From assembly GCF_009914755.1 (NCBI RefSeq), contig NC_060935.1: a stretch of 64,000 nucleotides of DNA; one strand, given 5' to 3'. How positions within the stretch are numbered: the first letter of the stretch is position 1; each line of letters begins with the position of its first letter. Source of the stretch: the human T2T-CHM13v2.0 reference genome, Homo sapiens. The notes beneath the pieces were generated by a model. It saw nothing but the letters and a program-made list of their open reading frames with translations, searched no databases and was not told the DNA's origin. Of the stretch, positions 55,184 to 64,000 are shown in pieces. The position numbers were made by a program, and so were the translations under genes.

Positions 55184-56844
55184 CCCCATCTACCAACATT
55201 GCCCTTTAAATGAAATTCATGCTGCAGCCATTTTGAACCACTTGTGGTTCCAAGAACCCAACAAGGTGTTTCATTTTTCTGTGACATTGAACCTACAGTT
55301 TCTTCTGCCTGGAAATGCCTTTCTCCCATTTCTTCCCATTTAGCTAATACCTACTTGTATTGAAATGCGGTCTGTATTCTCAGAAGAAAAAAAAACCTTA
55401 GAACTTCAAAAGGTTGTATTTTTAGACACTGAGTCATGAAAGTGGAAAACTTTTTAACATTATCAACTGTTGGATTATCACTTTCAAAGTAGTGAAAGGG
55501 ATACTTTGAATCATTATAAGTCAACTTCAGAGAACCAAAGCAAAAATGTAGGGAATTTCCTCAGTGTCATTGCCAAGATGCTCAGATAAAAGAAAATCCT
55601 CTTTTGTGTCAAAATGATAGGGATTGGCTTCCGAGACAAACCTAAAATTTCCCAGTAAGTGTTACCTGGCTTTTAATTTTGCTTTCCCACCCTAATATGA
55701 TATTTATGAAATTCCTTTCCTCCATAAAAGGAATACCAATAGGAAGTGGTGGATTTCCCCTTCACCAATAAAAGTTGTTTAGTCATTTAAATTCTTGTTC
55801 TTCTCTTCCTAATTTGTCAAAGCATTCAAGTGGAAGAGTCATAAAAACAGACTGTGCATTTATAGTAACAAGCAAATATTTTGATAGCAAATGATAATTA
55901 AAAGATTATATTAATATACATATGTTTTATGCTTTTATATCATCCATAAGTACCACTTTGTTTTCAAAAGTTATTCAATGTTGGGGAACATTTTCAGTTG
56001 ACAGATGAGGTTCCCCTCTAAATCTTCTTTAGTAACATCTACAGTCTGTAAAATCATAATTGGGAGAGGAATGAGATTTGGGATCAAATAGCTGAATTTG
56101 GCTACTCTGGGCACACTGCCTACGGGGTAGCCCTGCTCTGCAAAGAGTAGGAAAAAAAAAATGCTGAATTCATTTGTCCCATATAGACCCAGCCTCAGAG
56201 TTCCATAGGGACATTCTCCAAATGCATCTCTTCCTCTTTTTTCCAGAGATCTGTGTATTATATCTTCTATACATTTCACCTTAAGAACAAAATGAAAACA
56301 CTTTAAACGCTGAGATAATATTGGGCAAGGATCCACATTCATTATCTGCTTATAAAACATAATTAAATGAAACTATTAGATGCAAAATGAAGCAAAAAAG
56401 GATCATGTACATTTTTCCTTTTTAAAATTAATGCAGAACTATCAATTTGGTTCCAGTTACATGAATCCTTATTGTTCAAATTAGTAAACACTTTATAAGC
56501 AGCAGGGCAAATCAAATCGGGTTTATTGAAGAACTGGAATGATTCTGTGGATCAGGTAACTCAGAGAATAACCATGGCACATCTGAAATTAAAGCCATTA
56601 TCCACCTTTGTACTTTGCCTCTATCTAACGCAAGATGAAAACGTTCTTAGGCAATTATATCAGAGCCAGATAATAAATGAGTGATGTATCTATATTTACT
56701 TCATTTTGTCATTTTCTGTGATAATGTATTCTAGTCACATAAAGTGTGGTCAAGAAAGCCTCAGAGCCTGACGATACAGTCATTTGTCTAGTTGACTCTT
56801 CCCAAGCCACTTGGGCAGTTCCCAAGCCACTGTATTGGCAATAT

Positions 56845-57715
<871 letters not shown>

Positions 57716-59008
57716 ACTCCTAAAACTGGTTGAATCACAGTTTAACATACCAAGACTTTCACTATCTGCCTTCTGCCATACCTCCCCAGCCTCATCTACC
57801 CACCATTACCCTTCAGTGCAATTCATATTACAGCCATTTTGAACCACTTGTAGTTCCAAGAACCCACCAAGGTGTTCTGTGACATTAAACCTACAGTTTC
57901 TTCTGCCTGAAAATGCCTTTCTCTCATTTCTTCCCATTTAGCTAATAACTACATTTAGCTGTTTACAGTCCAATAGTCATACTCAAGCCTTTTCTCACCC
58001 TCACATATCTCCTAGTCTGATATAAATGCCTCTTTCTTTAATTCTCTAGGACCCTGGGCATCCCCCTGTCATCATCCTTGAAATACAGTACTGTGGTGTC
58101 ATTGCTCTGTTTCTCCTGTAGCTTCCAAGTTTCTTAAGGTGAAGGACCATGGCTTTTTTGACATTATAATCACAGAGCCTTACAAATAGGTGATCTCCTG
58201 ACATACCAAATAAGTGTTATGAATGAATAAGTGGATTATCTAACTTGTCTGGACCAAATTCTGCATGATAGCCCAGTTCCTTGAGCTAGATGTCATATAA
58301 AGTATTCATTTAATAGGAAAACTTGCAAGAATAGCATTAAGACCCAGAGGCCTCAGACTCATAGGTGCTGAACAGACATGTAGTCAGTTGAGCAAGAGGA
58401 TGTGGGAGCAACAGAAAAGAGTGGAAGTACATTTTGCTCTGTAGTCACAGAAGGAAGTCACAGTAGATGAGCAGAGCATTGCATGTTCTCCAAAGGAAGT
58501 GATTCCAGAAAAATTTGATAGACGTTCAAAAACATTATGCCAAGGTTTAACAGCATGTAAGAGAAACCCTGCCATGGGCATTGGAATGTAGGGTCAGGAG
58601 TGGAAAATAAAGCAGAACCCCTCTCCCAGAGAATCTGGAATGCTAGACAAGAAATTGAGACTAGGAATTGGACACAGGGGACAAGATAATATTCCGTATA
58701 CTAGAACTTTGGTACCAAAGAGAGGCTTGGCCAAAAAAAGAAGGAAAGAAAGCAAAGTCCTAGAAGTATATACCCTTCCCCCAACTCCAATCACATTGCT
58801 AAATGCTTGTGTCATTCCTTACTGCCATATGTAGAAAACCCAGAAAGTTTAGAACCATCAATATAGGAGACAAATTGACCTAACTATGATTATTTTGACT
58901 TTCTTGGCCAGGTCAAAAAAATATTCAAAAATCAATTTACAAACAGTTGATTTTATTGTTGATATAAACTTTGATGAACAGCTTTTTAAAGAAAATGTGC
59001 ATATTTTC

Positions 59009-59319
59009 TTTTTCTTTTCTTTTTTTTTAGACAAGGTCTCACTCTGTCACCCAGAATGAAGTGCAGTGGCATGATCATGGCTCACTGCAGCCTCAACTTT
59101 CTCGGATTCAGGTGATTCTCCCACCTCAGCCTCAGCCTCCAAAGTTTCTGGGACTACAGGTGCACACCATCACATCCAGCTACATTTTTTGTATTTTTTG
59201 TAGAGGCAGGGTTTTGCCATGTTGCCCAGGCTGGTCTTGAACTCTTGAGCTCAAGCGATTTGCCCACCTCGGCCTCCCAAAGTGCTGGGATTACAGGCAT
59301 GAGCCACCACACAGGACAG
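59009..59319 (-). mobile_element. Alu (AluJ-like) in HOATZ intron 3
   Basis: antisense Alu; 18-bp TSD gaaaatgtgcatattttc at 58991-59008 and 59320-59337. Confidence 0.92.
59031..59111 (+). CDS. HOATZ: HOATZ Alu-derived cassette exon ([27 protein letters not shown])
   Basis: poly-T then AG acceptor; CAG|GTGATT donor; 81 nt, phase 0/0, no stop. Confidence 0.65.
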
Positions 59320-59864
59320 GAAAATGTGCATATTTTCATTGTAACAGTAATTTAGCAATTTGTTTTTTTAAAAAAGAAAAACCCTATAAGTTATTTAGGA
59401 TAGGGTATCTAAACTTTGAAACTTTCATTATAAAGGACACATTCTTTAGAGCACTGAATAACTAAAAATATAAAAGATTGTTCTTAACTGTGGTTATGTT
59501 TTATATACTATCTTTGCATTCTCTGGAGTTTCTGGTCATAAATGCTGCCAATAGATAAAATAGCTGGTAGTATAAGTATAGACATTAGTCTGTATGTGTG
59601 AGGTTGGATTGGACATTGTTTAGGTTTTACTCCAGACATGTGGGCGCCCTGCACTGAAATCATGGAGCCAAGCTGAACTCTACAGAATGTTGGCCAGAAG
59701 CAACTAAAAACTCTGTAGGCTTCAGAAGAAATCTAGGCAAGTTAGAGGTCAACACTGAAAAGGCAATGTCAAGTTCAGGCAAGAAGGGCCAAGCAAAGCC
59801 ATAAACAGTAAGATGAATCATGGGCCCAAAAGATGGGAGAATTTTATTTGGAAGAATTGTGCAA

Positions 59865-60910
59865 GATTCATTCAACAAATATTTATTGAGCACTTCTATG
59901 TGCCTGGCATTGTGCTAGGAACTGGCATACAATGATGGACAATGACAACAAAACATGTTTTAACCTATTTCCCATTTAGAAAAAAGAAGTGCAGCTCACT
60001 GCCAGCACAGTGTTCTTGGGGCAAATGGGAAATGGGTCAAAGACACGAACTCTGCCCTTATATGAAATTTGGAGTCTAATCAGGGAGATAAATATTTCTG
60101 AAAGAATTACAGTGATGTTAGGATAACTTAATAGGGTGGTATTGATCCAATCAAGGGAATCAGGGAGGATTTCTACAAAGATTAACCAGACTGAGATTTG
60201 AAGGAAGAGCGGGCATTAACTAGGTCAGAAGGAGGTGGTGGAGGGAACATTGGAAGAGCATTCCAGGCAGCGAAAACAGCATGTGCAAAGACCCTCTTCT
60301 GGGAACAGGCACCGCACATGTCAAAAGCTCAATGGCCAATGTGGTAATATGGGAGGAAGGTTAGGCTCCAGTAAGAACAGTAAGAAGCTACTGAAGGGTT
60401 TAAATTGGGGAATGAGAATATCACATTTGCTTGAGAAAGATCAGCAGACTGTAATATGGAGAATGTATTGAAAGTGGCCAGAGCAGAAGTGGAAAAACCA
60501 GACTGGAGGCCATCACAAAACTTCAGTCAGGAGGTGATGCGATGTGAATTAGGATCATGCAGGTAGATGAGAAAGACCAGATAGATTGAAGGGATAGTTA
60601 GGAAGTAAAATAACTAGTATTTAGGGTTATATACTGGATATGGGAGGTGAGGTACAGCAAAGTATCAAAGATAACTCAGTTTTCTGGCCGCTTGCCTAAC
60701 AGGATGGGTAGTGTCATTCTCTGAAACAGGAAACATTAGATGAAGATCAGGTTTGGGGGGTTTTGTGGGGGAGGGGCTACAAGTTTAGTTTAGACTTACC
60801 TAGTTTGAGATGCTTTTGAGAAAAGCAGGTGAACTGTCAGATAGGCCTGTGAATATATGGGCTAGAAACTCAAAGAAGAAGTATGAGCCAGAGATGAAGT
60901 TTGAGGTCAT
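59865..60910 (-). mobile_element. L2 fragment
   Basis: attcattcaacaaatatttattgagcac antisense L2 3' end followed by purine-rich L2 body. Confidence 0.75.
59964..60036 (-). mobile_element. MER75A-like piggyBac MITE
   Basis: TIRs cctatttcccattt / aaatgggaaatggg; flanked by TTAA and TCAA. Confidence 0.75.
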
Positions 60911-62183
60911 CTGTGTGGGGAATCCCTAACCTCTCCTTCTTAAGTCATTATGGGCAGAACAGGAAAGACATATCTGAAAGATGAGGTCAGTATCATTCAC
61001 CCACTCATCATAGCTCATATAACCAGCAACAATGAAAATCTTCAAGACTCAGTAGTCTTTGCTAAGGAAAAGCTTTGATAATTATTGCAAACTGAATCAT
61101 CAATAACATATAATTCAATCATATAGAGTTACCCTCAATATATGTATACTTTGTTGAATTTTAAAATGCAGTGCTCATTTTATGCTCATATTTTCTCAAT
61201 ATTAAAATACAAATCTCACTTATTACTTTTTTAAAATAAGTGCCTTTTAAAGCAATATTAAAGCAGTTTTTTAAATCACTTGTACTTCTGCTCTGCATGC
61301 ATTTTGTGTGTGCATGCATGTACGTTCTTCAGGCAATTATTATTGGTAAAATATATGTAACAGATCTAAGAAAATATATGTAACAGAACCAAGAAAATAC
61401 ACATTTTTTTCTTCCTCACAACAGATAAATTCATACTTGATTGAAATCTGCATTTAAGAAAAATTGTATTGACTCCCTCTTATATAATGACTAATTTTTT
61501 TTCTCATTTTAGTAAGTTGTTATTTTTCAAATGAAAAGTGTATATGTCAGACCTAGGAGTTGAGCCAAGATCAAGCAATTTCCAGGAGGTATAGAAAGGT
61601 GCTTAGATCTGCATCTTTTTCCTGCAAGTCAGCATTCTTCCTTTCTCTGATTAATAATCCTGTAACATCTTCGATCCACTCCCATAGATTACTATAGTTA
61701 GGTCTATCTTTTAAAATCAGATTATACTGGGGAAAGCCTTCTCACTGATTATTCAGCCTGTCTTTTAAAGTGCATAGTAGATAATTTGAGGTCCAACAGT
61801 TCTGTATCTTATTATTAGAGTAGATATAAATTTCCTATATGGTAGTTGTAGAATCAACATAGCAGATTTCAGTTAATAGGCACAGGGAATGGTAGTAAAT
61901 TCATAGAGTAAATTCATAGTTGAAGCATTCTGTTATCAAAATCAGCAAGCCAAGATGCATACTGCTTTTTGAAACCAGGCCCAAATATGAGATGTTTTAA
62001 AATGATAAATCAATAAAAACCTTAAGTCAATCATAATTCTCACCTTCCTAATGATTGCATTTGTAACATAAAAATGAAATGGAATCCACTGAGGAGTGAG
62101 ATTCTTGCAGAATGTGAACTGAAATTCCCTAGTACACCTATAGACAGTTAACTCTCAATCACTGGGATAGAATTAAAAATTAA

Positions 62184-62500
62184 GGCTAGGTATGGTGGCT
62201 CATGCCTGCAATCCCAGCACTTCAGGAGGCTGACCAAAGTGGGAGACTGGCTTGAGCCCAGGAGTTCAAGACTAGCCTAGGCAACACAGGGAGACCTCAT
62301 CTCTACCAAAAAAAAAAAAAAATCGTTTTTTAATTAACTAAGCGTGGTGGCATGTGCCTGTGGTCCCAACTACTTGGGAGGCTGAGGTGGGAGGATTGCT
62401 TGAGCCCAGGGGGCAGGAGGTGGAGGTGGCAGTGAGCCCTGATGGTGCCACTGCACTTCCACCTGAGTGGAGAGCAAGACCCTGTCTCAAAAAAAAGAAA
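62184..62500 (+). mobile_element. Alu (AluJ-like)
   Basis: full diverged Alu. Confidence 0.9.
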
Positions 62501-62958
62501 ATTAAATTCTGGAGGCTCAAGGAAATAAAAATCAGATAATGTTCTCAATTTCTGTTAAACCATAGAACCTTGGCTCTGCCTAGGTAATATTCTGAATTTG
62601 GAATGTAATTCCCATTTTACAATTAATTTATAATTTAAAATCCTTGCATAAATATTTCATTTACACTACGATCTTAGAAAGCTCCTCAGTTTATAAATAC
62701 CACTATAATTCAACTATCTTTACCCTTTAGCCACATCTTGCAAAGAGCCACATGATACCTTCAAATAAGTAAATTAACTATGATCAAGGCTGAGCTCAAG
62801 CTGGATTAGCTCCACCTGCTGTATTCTGATAAGCATGCGTTTTCTACAAGAATAAGAATGTTTCTGTGAGAGCAGAGACTATATTTTTCTTCTTCAGCAT
62901 GGTTGATGCTAACTCATTTTTAGAGTAAAGATTGAATGAAGAAACCATTCTGTCACTC

Positions 62959-63022
62959 TGTGTGTGTGTGTGTGCATGTGTCTGAAGTCTGTGTGTGTTT
63001 GAAGTCTGTGTGTTTGAAGTGT
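62959..63022. repeat. (TG)n followed by short tandem tgaagtctgtgtgt units
   Basis: seen directly. Confidence 0.8.
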
Positions 63023-63493
63023 GGCAAAAGAAGCACAGGAAATGACATCCAACAGAACTGGAAATGAGTTTAAATCTTTGGCTCTGCCAGTTACTAGTTA
63101 GTTAAGTGACCCTGATAAAAGTTGTTCATTTTTACGTGGTTTAGTTTCTTCTACCTGTAAAGAGGTAATAATAATAATGCCCACTTCACTGTGCTATAAA
63201 GATAAAATGAGATAACCTATAAGGAACTCACACAAGGCCTGATATCTAGCAGTTACTCAGTGAAAGTTTGTTTTTATCTTCTCTGCTTCCCCCTCTTCCT
63301 TTTTTTTCCAAACCCATGATTGAAAAATAAAATTTTAGCAGGTTCAAAATAAGCATTAGCATTAAATGGAAATGCTTTGACTAAAAGGGTAACTCTCAAA
63401 GGATGATGACTACATTACTAAAGGCATGATCACTCAAGTATCCACATCCTGATTAAAAGACAGAAGATTGGCTTGCTCATAGTGTTAAAATGA

Positions 63494-63810
<317 letters not shown>

Positions 63811-64000
63811 CCTCGTGTTATTTTTGATGAATGTTTCAGTCCAAAAATTTCAATCATAATCCACGAAAGAAATGCAGTTTGTATATGGGAACCAGGTCTT
63901 GAGAAGAAAGGACCTTTCTTCTAAAGTCTAGTGTTTATTAAGAGCTTTTTTTATAATTGAATATTAACTGAAAAGAAAGTTGATAACACACCAGAAAATT

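Noticed and set aside
56799-56831. 13-bp direct repeat ttcccaagccact
   Set aside because: Only two copies with a short spacer; an ordinary micro-duplication, not an array

Overview
Human genomic DNA, recognisable as the 11q23.1 BTG4 / MIR34B / MIR34C / HOATZ (C11orf88) locus. BTG4 is on the minus strand: non-coding exon 1 near 46.3-46.5 kb, coding exons at 32.9-29.3 kb, and an alternative terminal exon at ~1.8 kb. It shares a bidirectional CpG island with the plus-strand miR-34b/miR-34c cluster, which has an upstream p53-family response element. The 5' part of the cilia gene HOATZ follows on the plus strand (exons 1-3 and an Alu-derived in-frame cassette exon). About half the window is interspersed repeats, including a ~14 kb nested L1-in-L1 complex. 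The most notable unexplained signal is a chain of five plus-strand, stop-free, phase-0-joined exons at 869-7554. They encode ~235 aa from the C-terminal part of a larger gene that enters from upstream of the window. One splice acceptor is broken (AC where AG is needed), which suggests a recently disabled gene or unitary pseudogene with a degenerate zincin-like motif. Its second exon is overlapped antisense by BTG4's distal 3' UTR, which carries a miR-34/449 seed site. Repeat subfamily names and boundaries are by-eye estimates.
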